Virus record (IMG/VR): IMGVR_UViG_3300029818_000085
Coordinates: 1 to 38,228 of that record
Source: a virus
Taxonomy: Duplodnaviria; Caudoviricetes
Length of the DNA stretch: 38,228 nt
Reading direction: 5' to 3' (one strand)
Shown here: one piece after another, positions 18,340 through 26,669 of the stretch
Layout: each line of letters opens with the position of its first letter
How positions within the stretch are numbered: position 1 is the stretch's first letter
Made by a program: the position numbers and the translations under genes
The notes under the pieces: generated by a model
Seen by the model: only the letters and a program-made list of their open reading frames with translations
Database searches by the model: none
What the model was told of the DNA's origin: nothing

Positions 18340-18472
18340 CAAAATTGAAAAGGAATGTGTGGGTGAGAAAATAATTTTTACAAATTGGGCGGTTTTTACA
18401 CCCAATTTGAGTGTGTTTTATGCCTAATGCGGAAAATTATTTTTCGTGGTTGACCGAGCCTATGGACTTTTG
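18340..18472. promoter_or_regulatory. Divergent late promoter pair with central palindrome
   Basis: Both strands show AAAATTATTTT(T)C-N19-nAnTTTTG. Perfect 9-bp inverted repeat CAAATTGGG-N11-CCCAATTTG at 18381-18409. Confidence 0.6.
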
Positions 18473-18492
18473 TATGGAAATAAATGGTACTA

Positions 18493-18996
18493 ATGGCAAG
18501 ACTAAAAGCAAAAGAGTATGAGGTTGCAAAAAAATACTTCATCGAGTTTTATAAATCGCAAAAAGAAATAGCCGAAGACCTGGGCGTTACCGAAAAGACC
18601 GTTGGCCGGTGGGTGGCAGAGGGCAATTGGAAAAAGCTGCGAGATGCTCGGTTGAACAACGCCTATCATCGTGCCGAAAACATTCGCAAAGTGATTGATG
18701 AACTCAGCGAGCGCTCCCTTGAGGGACTTCAAAAAATAAGGGAAGCCGAGGCAACAGGTGACCGCGACCTGGTACTTGAGCTAAAAAAAGAAAACACCCG
18801 CATTGCCCAGGAGGTTGGGATGTATCAAAAAGCGCTGTCACAAATGCAAACGGAAAGCAAGATAGCTCTCTCTACATATATCGAAGTGATGGAAGACTTG
18901 TTTAGTGGCCTGCAGGACTATGACAAGGAGCTGTATTTAAAAACCCTCGACTTTCAAAAACACCAATTACAACACATCGCCCAAACACTCGCCTAA
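18493..18996 (+). CDS. Terminase small subunit (HTH)
   Basis: SQKEIAEDLGVTEKTVGRWVAEGNW HTH; first gene of the packaging operon (alternative start 18484). Confidence 0.75.
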   Translation: MARLKAKEYEVAKKYFIEFYKSQKEIAEDLGVTEKTVGRWVAEGNWKKLRDARLNNAYHRAENIRKVIDELSERSLEGLQKIREAEATGDRDLVLELKKENTRIAQEVGMYQKALSQMQTESKIALSTYIEVMEDLFSGLQDYDKELYLKTLDFQKHQLQHIAQTLA

Positions 18997-19256
18997 TGAA
19001 GCTACTAAAAATCATCTTGAATTTAATGATCAACCGTGCCGGACTTAAGCAGTACCGTCTCGAAATTGGAACCTACCTGCTTAAAAAGGGCTGTGGCTTT
19101 GAGGTGGGACAAATTATCGCTGAAAAACGCTTGCGCCCGGGTTTGTGGCGCGTGAAAGTTATTACCGGCTTGTTCTATGATTTTCAACAAAACAAAATCA
19201 ATAACACCGCTGAAAACCGCATACTCAAGGAAAGCGACAGGAACACAAAGAAATGA
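18996..19256 (+). CDS. Hypothetical protein
   Basis: 86-aa ORF overlapping both the terS stop and the terL start. Confidence 0.6.
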   Translation: MKLLKIILNLMINRAGLKQYRLEIGTYLLKKGCGFEVGQIIAEKRLRPGLWRVKVITGLFYDFQQNKINNTAENRILKESDRNTKK

Positions 19257-20770
19257 AAAAGGCAGACAAAATATCTTTACAGCGGTATCAAAAGCAACTG
19301 GAGCTTGTAGCCTCGGGTAGTGCAGTTAATGCCTTTGAAACACCTGCAGAAGCTTTGGCGGCTATTGAGCGCGCCAAGGTTGATTTTGCCTTTATGGTGC
19401 AGCGGTACTTTCCGCATTATGCCACAGCTTCAACTCCTGACTTTCATATTGATTTTGCTAAAAAGGTTAAAAAAGACCCCACGTTCAAAGGGTTTGCAGA
19501 ATGGGGGCGTGCGTTAGCAAAATCGGTTGTCAATAATATATTGATCCCATTTTGGCTATGGATCAATGGTGAGCCGGTGTATTTGGTTTTGGTTGGAAAC
19601 TCCGGTGATCGTGCAAAGCAATTGCTTGAGGACATCAGGGCAGAATTTGAGGCAAACCCACAGATCAATAAAGACTTTGGAGTGCAGCATAACCCGGGAA
19701 ACTGGGAAGACGGTTTTTTTGTAACCCGGGGCGGGTTTATTGGTCAGGCACTGGGTATGGGACAATCTGTTAGAGGTCTTCGTGTCAAATCAAAAAGGCC
19801 CACACATATTGTTCCTGATGATATCGAAACAAAGGATTTGAACCAAAACCCGGCGCGTCAGGAAAAAATGGCCAAGTGGATTGAGCGCGACCTGATCCCT
19901 ACGATGGATGGTCCTATTCGCCGCTTTATTCAATCCAATAACAGGTTTGCGCCCAAGATGATTCAAACCATATTACAGGATAAACACCCTGACTGGGTGG
20001 TGCACAGGATCAATGCTTATGACGCGGTAACTTATGAGCCAAGGTGGAAATCAAAATATACGGCTGATTATTTCCGCCAAATTGAACAAGAAATCGGTGC
20101 GCTGGCAGCTAGCAGCGAGTACAACAATGCGCCACATGTGGAAGGCTCAATCTTTTTACAGAAAGACATACAGTGGGCACCACTGCCCAAACTCAACCAG
20201 TTTAAAATCATTTTTGGATTTTGGGATGTTGCATATGCCGGCACCTCTACAGCAGACTATAATGCGATAGTGGTTCAAGGCCTAAAAGATAAAGATTTCT
20301 GGGTAATTGACACATTTTGCAAGCAAAGCAAGATGAACGCTGCTGTAGCTTGGATGTGCAATTACCAGAAGTCACTTCCGGAAACGGTAGTTGTGCATTG
20401 GGTATTTGAAGCCCAGTTCTGGAATGATGCTGTTGAAAGTGCCATTAGACAGGGTGAACAACTTTTTAATGTTCGCCTGAATATCATCAAACGCGACCGG
20501 ACGAAAGCACGCAAATATGACCGTATTCTCCAGTTGCAGCCTTACTATCAAAACGGGCGTATTTTCTATAATGAAAAACTGAAACACAGCAACGACCTTC
20601 AGGTTGGGCTTGCACAGCTCTACGGCATCGAGCCGGGATATAAAAGCCACGATGACTTTCCAGATGCACACCAAGGCGGTATTGCAGAATTAGAAAAATA
20701 CATCAACTATGGCACCTCCGGAGACGGTCAATTTGTGAGTGGTAAATACATAACTAAAAACGCCTGGTAA
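19253..20770 (+). CDS. Terminase large subunit
   Basis: Walker A-like GRALAKS, GQSVRG, RPTHIVPDDIE, nuclease FWDVAY and HDDFPDA. Confidence 0.9.
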   Translation: MKKADKISLQRYQKQLELVASGSAVNAFETPAEALAAIERAKVDFAFMVQRYFPHYATASTPDFHIDFAKKVKKDPTFKGFAEWGRALAKSVVNNILIPFWLWINGEPVYLVLVGNSGDRAKQLLEDIRAEFEANPQINKDFGVQHNPGNWEDGFFVTRGGFIGQALGMGQSVRGLRVKSKRPTHIVPDDIETKDLNQNPARQEKMAKWIERDLIPTMDGPIRRFIQSNNRFAPKMIQTILQDKHPDWVVHRINAYDAVTYEPRWKSKYTADYFRQIEQEIGALAASSEYNNAPHVEGSIFLQKDIQWAPLPKLNQFKIIFGFWDVAYAGTSTADYNAIVVQGLKDKDFWVIDTFCKQSKMNAAVAWMCNYQKSLPETVVVHWVFEAQFWNDAVESAIRQGEQLFNVRLNIIKRDRTKARKYDRILQLQPYYQNGRIFYNEKLKHSNDLQVGLAQLYGIEPGYKSHDDFPDAHQGGIAELEKYINYGTSGDGQFVSGKYITKNAW

Positions 20771-20771
20771 T

Positions 20772-21197
20772 ATGCAGTATTTAGAAAAAACAGATTTAAT
20801 CACCGCCTCCTTTGAGCGGTTTATTGACGAGAGTACACTGGATCAGGTTGAGACACTCGACAATGTCGAGGCTCAAAACATTGCCTTGATAAAAAGTTAC
20901 ATCGGTTCCCGCTATGACGTGGAAATGATTTTTGATGAAGATGAGCCCGTTAAAAATGAACTCATCACACGCATCCTGGTCAAGCTTTGCCTCTTTGATA
21001 TCATTCGCCGGAACGCTGCCCGAAAAGTGCCGGCTGACTTTAAAGAGGAGTATGACAAAGCCATTGAACTGCTTGAAAAAATTGCCTACGGAAAGCTTCC
21101 AGTAAGCGGTTTGCCTGTGCCAACAGACGATGATGGAAACCCCATTGAAAGCACCACGATATCGGGAAATAATACAAACGAAAACTTTTATATCTAA
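20772..21197 (+). CDS. Mu gp36-like head-tail connector (DUF1320-like)
   Basis: IKSYIGSRYD and YDKAIELLEKIAYGK motifs. Confidence 0.8.
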   Translation: MQYLEKTDLITASFERFIDESTLDQVETLDNVEAQNIALIKSYIGSRYDVEMIFDEDEPVKNELITRILVKLCLFDIIRRNAARKVPADFKEEYDKAIELLEKIAYGKLPVSGLPVPTDDDGNPIESTTISGNNTNENFYI

Positions 21198-22492
21198 TGG
21201 AAAACCCGTTCAAAAAAATATACCAAGCTATTGAGAATCGCGTTTTGTCTAATGCTGATTTTCGCACATTAAAAGTAGTCGCTGAAGCCAAAGGCGGGAG
21301 TCGCAAAGCTTCGAGCCAATTGGATTATGAAGCTGAAACGATGCAAAAGCAAACCCTCAATGAGTGGAAGCTTGCTATTGCCATGGCAACAGACCCTGTG
21401 GAACCCAACAAGCTTTGGCTTGAAAAACTTTACAAGAACCTACTTCTTGATAATCACCTGGCATCGGTTATTGACAGCCGCATTCTGTATTGCCAAAGAA
21501 ACCCTTTTAAGATCATCACTGAAAAAGGTGACGAAAATGAAGATTTGTCATGGCTGTTTGAGCGAACATGGTTTGAGGAGTTTATTCAATTATGCTTAAA
21601 GAGTCGGTTTGAAGGCACAAAGCTTATTGAGCTTTTTGAGCTGAATCCGGAAACTAAAGAAATTGATTACATCGATGAGATCCCAATGGCGTTTTTCAAC
21701 CCACTTAAAGGGATTATCACCAAAGCCCCGGGCGATCAAAAAGGTTGGGAATATAAAAAAGGGGCTTTGCAGCCTTACTACATTCAAGTGGGCAAAGACA
21801 AGGAGCTGGGTATGCTTGCGCAAGTGGCGCCCATTGTTTTGGCAAAGAAGCTCGGATTAGGTGCTTGGTTGGATTACGTTGAAAAATATGGCGTGCCATC
21901 GTTGTTTATTACCACAGATAGGGAAGATGATGGTAGGCTTGAAGAATTGTCCAGGATGGCAAGGAATTTTAAAGGCAATAACTGGATGGTTGGCCGTGGC
22001 AATGAAAAGTTTGAAATAGGCAAAGCTGATGCCGGTAATCCCGACAACTTTGACAAACTGGTCGAACGTGCCAATAATGAAATTAGTAAGCGCTTTCTGG
22101 GCGGCACATCACTCACAGACGAGAAGGCCTTTGTAGGCTCAGTAGAAATACAATACCAACTGGCCAAAGACCGTTTTGAAAGTGACAAACTTTTAATCAA
22201 AAACATCATTAACCAGCAGCTGTTTCCAAGGCTCTTAAAAATTAGTCCGGCTTATGCAGGTCTGGCAAACCACACCTTTGACTGGGACAACAGCGAGGCT
22301 CAGAGTTTAGAAGATGTAAAAGGAATGGTTTCTGCCCTTGCTCCACATTTTGAGCTCGACATCGACGAAGTAAGTCAAAAAACCGGAATGACCATACTGA
22401 GCCAAAAGTCCTCCCCCGACCCCTCACAAACAGGGGATGGTGGTCACCCCGCACCTGATGCGGGGAAAAAAAAAAGCATAGACGGGAAGTAG
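21197..22492 (+). CDS. Portal protein (Mu gp29/DUF935-like)
   Basis: DNHLASVIDSR, WLDYVEKYGVP, NNEISKRFLGGT and INQQLFPRL. Confidence 0.88.
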   Translation: MENPFKKIYQAIENRVLSNADFRTLKVVAEAKGGSRKASSQLDYEAETMQKQTLNEWKLAIAMATDPVEPNKLWLEKLYKNLLLDNHLASVIDSRILYCQRNPFKIITEKGDENEDLSWLFERTWFEEFIQLCLKSRFEGTKLIELFELNPETKEIDYIDEIPMAFFNPLKGIITKAPGDQKGWEYKKGALQPYYIQVGKDKELGMLAQVAPIVLAKKLGLGAWLDYVEKYGVPSLFITTDREDDGRLEELSRMARNFKGNNWMVGRGNEKFEIGKADAGNPDNFDKLVERANNEISKRFLGGTSLTDEKAFVGSVEIQYQLAKDRFESDKLLIKNIINQQLFPRLLKISPAYAGLANHTFDWDNSEAQSLEDVKGMVSALAPHFELDIDEVSQKTGMTILSQKSSPDPSQTGDGGHPAPDAGKKKSIDGK

Positions 22493-22599
22493 CTGCTATA
22501 TTTAAGGAAATAACCGCCAGTTATCACGCTGAGGATTGTGGGTGTGTAAACTGTCAAGATGATAAAGTCGTAGCCATAGATGTAGAAGGCTGGGTAAAA

Positions 22600-23802
22600 G
22601 TGATGGAGCGCATATCCCGTGAAACTTATGACGGTAAGCTCAAACCAGGAGAGCTGGACGAAGCTCACATCCTAAACACATATCAAGAGCTCAACAAAGC
22701 TACCGGTACCGGTTATGGAAAAAACTGGTTACAGGTTGAGGGCGCCACAGGCGCACCGGCTCCTGAAGCGTTACAGATGCAACAAAACATTTTTAAGTTT
22801 TCAGGCGCAAAAGATGCAGCTATGTTGGAAGAAATCAACAGGCTTTTGACAAAAGATGGCAAGCTGGCCAACTGGCCGGACTTCAAAGAAGCAGTTCTAA
22901 AGCTGAACAATAAATACAATATCAATTACCTTCAGGCAGAATGGCAAACGGCCAGACACTCCGGCTATATGGCCAACCTGTGGCAGGAATACCTTGACAA
23001 TGCCAATTTGTTTCCAAACCTCAAATACAAAACACAAGAAGATGAACGGGTGCGCCTGGAGCACGAGCTACTTAACAATACTATTGCGCCCATCACATCG
23101 CCGTTTTGGGATGAGTTCTACCCGCCCAACGGTTGGAGGTGCAGATGCTATGTGGTGCAAACTGCAGAAAAGCCGGACAACAATCTGCCGGGAGTTCCTC
23201 CGGAAGATGTCAAGCCAGAGTTTAGAATAAACACTGGTAAAAGTGGGCAGGTGTTTAAAGAGGACGGAAAGGCACATCCCTATTTTATGCTTGCCAAAAC
23301 CTCCGGGACTTTCAAATTGGCATTTGAATTATTAAAAAGAAGCGCGCCTCTAAACACAATGAGAAAGTTTAAAAATGGAGGAATAGTTCGCGTAAGCCCT
23401 TTTACTGACATACGCCGCGATGAACTGTTTGGCAATTATAGAACAGCCGTAGCTCTGGCTGAAAAAGAAGCGCTTAAAGTTGATCTGGTAGCAAAGTTGG
23501 ACGGTGCTATTATCAAAAATGTACCTAATCCGGAATACTTAATAAACGGAAAAATTGCCGACAGAAAAACACCAGAAAGCCTTGATTATTCAAAGTCACT
23601 TTCAAGAGCCAACAAACAAGGCTGTGAAATTGTTGTGGTTGATTTGAGCAAAAACAATGATAGTGTGGTTAATGCTATAAATGCTATTGATGCATTATTA
23701 AAGAAAAGCAAGGGAACAGTACACCCAAACATTAAAGAGGTTTATGTGGTTTCAAATGATAGAAAGACCGTTAAACATCTAAAAAGAGAAAAAGCGGACT
23801 AA
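22600..23802 (+). CDS. MuF minor head protein with C-terminal CdiA-like PD-(D/E)XK nuclease domain (frame open upstream to 22459)
   Basis: YLQAEWQTA, DERVR.EH and FWDEFYPPNGWRCRC (MuF). C-terminal NPEYLINGKIADRK...ANKQGCEIVVVDL. Confidence 0.85.
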   Translation: MMERISRETYDGKLKPGELDEAHILNTYQELNKATGTGYGKNWLQVEGATGAPAPEALQMQQNIFKFSGAKDAAMLEEINRLLTKDGKLANWPDFKEAVLKLNNKYNINYLQAEWQTARHSGYMANLWQEYLDNANLFPNLKYKTQEDERVRLEHELLNNTIAPITSPFWDEFYPPNGWRCRCYVVQTAEKPDNNLPGVPPEDVKPEFRINTGKSGQVFKEDGKAHPYFMLAKTSGTFKLAFELLKRSAPLNTMRKFKNGGIVRVSPFTDIRRDELFGNYRTAVALAEKEALKVDLVAKLDGAIIKNVPNPEYLINGKIADRKTPESLDYSKSLSRANKQGCEIVVVDLSKNNDSVVNAINAIDALLKKSKGTVHPNIKEVYVVSNDRKTVKHLKREKAD

Positions 23803-23856
23803 AAGCCCGCTCTCTCACAATGTCCACACCAAGGGATTAACCGAGGGTCTGATTGC
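23785..23856 (-). ncRNA. Putative ~70-nt antisense sRNA convergent with the MuF-toxin 3' end
   Basis: Perfect TATATTTG box at 23868-23861 and a minus-strand terminator AGCGGGC-TTTTA-GTCCGCT-TTTTCTCTTTTT. No ORF between them. Confidence 0.45.
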
Positions 23857-23900
23857 ATTGCAAATATACAAATTTAATTTGAATTTAAACACGTTTTAAA

Positions 23901-24431
23901 ATGGCCGTAAACCAATATCCCATACCAAACTTTCGCCAAATGGCAGAGGACGCGCTTGCAGGCCTCCCGGAACAGGTGGGCGAAAAAGCCCGGGCACATT
24001 TTTTACAAAGCTTCATAAAAGAAGGTTTTACAGATGTGAGCTTTATTGCATGGCCAAAACGCAAAGGCGACCAGACCGGGAAAATACTAAGCCAGTCACT
24101 CGCTTTGCGCGGTAGCATCAGGGTGGCACAGGCTGATCTGAAAATGATTCGCGTGGTTGCCGGTGAAGGGTTGCCTTATGCCGCTATACATAACGAGGGA
24201 GGCGTGATTAACGTGCCGGTGACCGAGCGGATGAAAAAGTTTTTTTGGATGATGTACAAAAAAACAGAAGACGACAAATGGAAATGGATGGCCTTGACAA
24301 AAAAGGAACAATTGACCATTAAAATACCCAAACGGCAATACATTGGCGAAAGCTATAAACTAATGCAGGATATAGACCAGATGTTTATCAAAAAAATTAT
24401 TGAAGCACAAAAGAAAATGAAGTTTAACTAA
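23901..24431 (+). CDS. Virion morphogenesis protein (Mu gpG-like)
   Basis: WPKRK, LRGSI, PYAAIHNEGG and IPKRQYIGES motifs. Confidence 0.85.
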   Translation: MAVNQYPIPNFRQMAEDALAGLPEQVGEKARAHFLQSFIKEGFTDVSFIAWPKRKGDQTGKILSQSLALRGSIRVAQADLKMIRVVAGEGLPYAAIHNEGGVINVPVTERMKKFFWMMYKKTEDDKWKWMALTKKEQLTIKIPKRQYIGESYKLMQDIDQMFIKKIIEAQKKMKFN

Positions 24432-24459
24432 AAAATACCCGCCTGTGCGGGCATATATT

Positions 24460-24963
24460 ATGCAAAACTGGAAAGACTTATACGGCGAGCTGGCCACCAA
24501 GCTCACAGACAACATTAATGATTTAAAATGGGTGGACTTGTGGCACAACCAAATCAATTTTTTAGACGATGAGCACCCGTTCCCAACCCCGGCGGTATTT
24601 ATGAGCTTTAGGTCCGGGCAGGTGGTTGACATAAGCGACAAAGTGCAAAACGTGCAGCTACAGGTTGATATCTTTGTGTTTTATGAAACGTTTCTGGACA
24701 CCTTTAAGGCTGCATACAATCAAGCAGATGCGCTTGGATTCCTTGACCTGCTGGACGATATTAACAAGCAACTGCACGGAAGCAGTGGCGAAAATTACAG
24801 CAGTATGAGGCGAGTTGGTTTTAACCCGGTGGACACAGGCAACTCTGGAAATTTATACCTAGTTACCTACACCTGTGAACTTATTGACCACAGCGCACAA
24901 CCTAATTGGCAGGAAGTTGAGGCAAATGAAATGGAGATTGAAAGGTTTATTATATTGGATTAA
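24460..24963 (+). CDS. Tail terminator / Mu gp37-like protein
   Basis: Likely start MQNWKDLY at 24460; WVDLWHNQI...PFPTPAVF motif. Confidence 0.6.
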   Translation: MQNWKDLYGELATKLTDNINDLKWVDLWHNQINFLDDEHPFPTPAVFMSFRSGQVVDISDKVQNVQLQVDIFVFYETFLDTFKAAYNQADALGFLDLLDDINKQLHGSSGENYSSMRRVGFNPVDTGNSGNLYLVTYTCELIDHSAQPNWQEVEANEMEIERFIILD

Positions 24964-25139
24964 TTCCGGTACACAATGTTTTGAATGGTTCTGACTGATT
25001 TGTAAAACCGATGGGCCAGGCGTTTAATGATGTAGTCGTCTGTGTATTTTCTGGCACCAAACTCAACCTCCTTTGAGAGATCGTCATAAGCAGTCCTAAT
25101 ATCTGCATACAAGCGTCTGGTGTTTTCTTTCCTAATCAT
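24960..25139 (-). CDS. 59-aa Mor/C-like HTH transcription regulator (not in ORF track)
   Basis: MIRKENTRRLYADIRTAYDDLSKEVEFGARKYTDDYIIKRLAHRFYKSVRTIQNIVYRN; C-terminal HTH-like LAHRFYKSVRTIQNIV. Confidence 0.65.
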   Translation of the reverse strand: MIRKENTRRLYADIRTAYDDLSKEVEFGARKYTDDYIIKRLAHRFYKSVRTIQNIVYRN

Positions 25140-25143
25140 TTAA

Positions 25144-25174
25144 CAAAGTTAAACAAAAAAAAACACCAAGCAAA
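25144..25174 (-). promoter_or_regulatory. Bacteroidota sigma70-type promoter
   Basis: TTTG (25174-25171), 19-nt spacer, TAACTTTG (25151-25144), 4 nt before the ATG at 25139. Confidence 0.7.
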
Positions 25175-25183
25175 TTGGTGTTT
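25155..25183 (-). terminator. Intrinsic terminator of the early/middle operon
   Basis: AAAACACCAA-TTTGC-TTGGTGTTTT followed by a T-run on the minus strand. Confidence 0.7.
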
Positions 25184-25202
25184 TGTTGGGGTGGGTGGGG
25201 AT

Positions 25203-26075
25203 TTATCTTTTTCGCGCAGCACTTGTAATTGTTCTCTTTGTCAACTTTCCATCTTCAAACACTTCGGTCGCAATTACCTCATAACTTCCGTTTCTGTAAT
25301 ATGGTTTATTTAGTAGCTTTGAAACCTGAAGCAAGTCATCATTTGAAAGCTCATCAGAGGTATATTTGTCATTTCTTTTAACTACCACATAAGTTGATGT
25401 TTTTCTTTCAATTTTAATAGGCTTGGTCTCGTAAGAGGCTGCATTGTCATTTCTCGGCGAGGGCGCTCCTCTTTCAGTTCTCACATCAAGTATGCCTACT
25501 TTATTAGTTTCCTGACGTGTTTGAGAGATTATTTTTTTTGATTCAAATTCGGCAATAAATTTATTATGGTCGCTTAGTGTAGTATTGTTTATACTAATTT
25601 GATTTCCATTAAAAACAGCTTTGTCCATATAATAGTAAGTCACCGCATTCCTTTCGTTTCTTAATTGTTCAACACCAACTTTTGTTGGCCAATAAACAAC
25701 ATAAAACCAAAGCAAAGGTTCAATGTCGCCAGTGATATTGACTGACTTAATAACAATTTTGTGGCCCTCCATTACAAAAACTTCAAATTCAAAATTTAGT
25801 CTTTGGGGGGTTGTTCCAATTGTATTTTCAATGTAAGTGCGCGTAAGTGTGCCGTAATTGTTTTCATTGATTTTTACTTTATCCGGTTCAGGGGACATGG
25901 TGAACTCTTTACTCATAAACGGATCAAGATGCCAAGCAATATGATTAAACTCTACAAATGTTATTGGAGAGGGTTTCATTGACAAGGGCTCAGGGTAATA
26001 TGGTGAAATGGGCACCTGAGTAAATCCTTGGAAAACCAAGGTAACGATTGTGATTAATAATAACACTTTTTTCAT
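25203..26075 (-). CDS. Secreted hypothetical protein (moron-like)
   Basis: Sec-type signal MKKVLLLITIVTLVFQGFTQ; 290 aa with no recognised motif. Confidence 0.7.
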   Translation of the reverse strand: MKKVLLLITIVTLVFQGFTQVPISPYYPEPLSMKPSPITFVEFNHIAWHLDPFMSKEFTMSPEPDKVKINENNYGTLTRTYIENTIGTTPQRLNFEFEVFVMEGHKIVIKSVNITGDIEPLLWFYVVYWPTKVGVEQLRNERNAVTYYYMDKAVFNGNQISINNTTLSDHNKFIAEFESKKIISQTRQETNKVGILDVRTERGAPSPRNDNAASYETKPIKIERKTSTYVVVKRNDKYTSDELSNDDLLQVSKLLNKPYYRNGSYEVIATEVFEDGKLTKRTITSAARKR

Positions 26076-26278
26076 GACTTCTCAATTTTTGGCATATACT
26101 CTTCTATTATTTTATCGTAGTTTGGTAAAACATCTCTGATAAAATGCAAGCTTACGATTCTTTCAAAGCTAAGGCACCTATGTTCATGTGACATTTCAGC
26201 TTTGTATTGTTCAAGATTATATGTTGATAGGTATTTATCACAATGTTTTCTGAATATTTCTTCTAACTTTTCATTCAT
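26072..26278 (-). CDS. Hypothetical protein
   Basis: 68-aa ORF with ATGA overlap to the next gene. Confidence 0.55.
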   Translation of the reverse strand: MNEKLEEIFRKHCDKYLSTYNLEQYKAEMSHEHRCLSFERIVSLHFIRDVLPNYDKIIEEYMPKIEKS

Positions 26279-26289
26279 AATTACTTGTT

Positions 26290-26478
26290 TTAAGTTACTA
26301 ATTCAATATACATAGGAAGGTTATCAACTATATTTTCTACTTCCATAATTACACAATCTGCAATAGGCACACCCTCAAAAGATAACACTTTCATCCCGAG
26401 GCTTTCAACATGACTTTGCGGGTGGGTATTAATCCCTGCTTTATATGCTCCAATCAAATCAAACCTTATTTTGGTCAT
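26290..26478 (-). CDS. Hypothetical protein
   Basis: 62-aa ORF in operon orientation. Confidence 0.55.
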   Translation of the reverse strand: MTKIRFDLIGAYKAGINTHPQSHVESLGMKVLSFEGVPIADCVIMEVENIVDNLPMYIELVT

Positions 26479-26632
26479 GAGTGCTATTGAGTTTTTTTAA
26501 TTCTTCAAAAATCAATTTTTGATATTTAATGACTTCATCGATGCGCAGCATCCAAGCACCAAAAAGGCGAATTATTAAAATTAAACCTATTACTACTGCT
26601 ATGATAAAAATAAAGCTAAACAAACCGTCCAT
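26459..26632 (-). CDS. 57-aa single-TM membrane protein (not in ORF track)
   Basis: MDGLFSFIFIIAVVIGLILIIRLFGAWMLRIDEVIKYQKLIFEELKKLNSTHDQNKV; fills the gap in the operon. Confidence 0.6.
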   Translation of the reverse strand: MDGLFSFIFIIAVVIGLILIIRLFGAWMLRIDEVIKYQKLIFEELKKLNSTHDQNKV

Positions 26633-26669
26633 AATGATTAGTTATTAGTTTATTGTAAATATACTCATT

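Noticed and set aside
26459-26632. Apparent frameshifted pseudogene downstream of the RT accessory gene
   Set aside because: Re-reading gives an intact 57-aa ORF just below the track cutoff.
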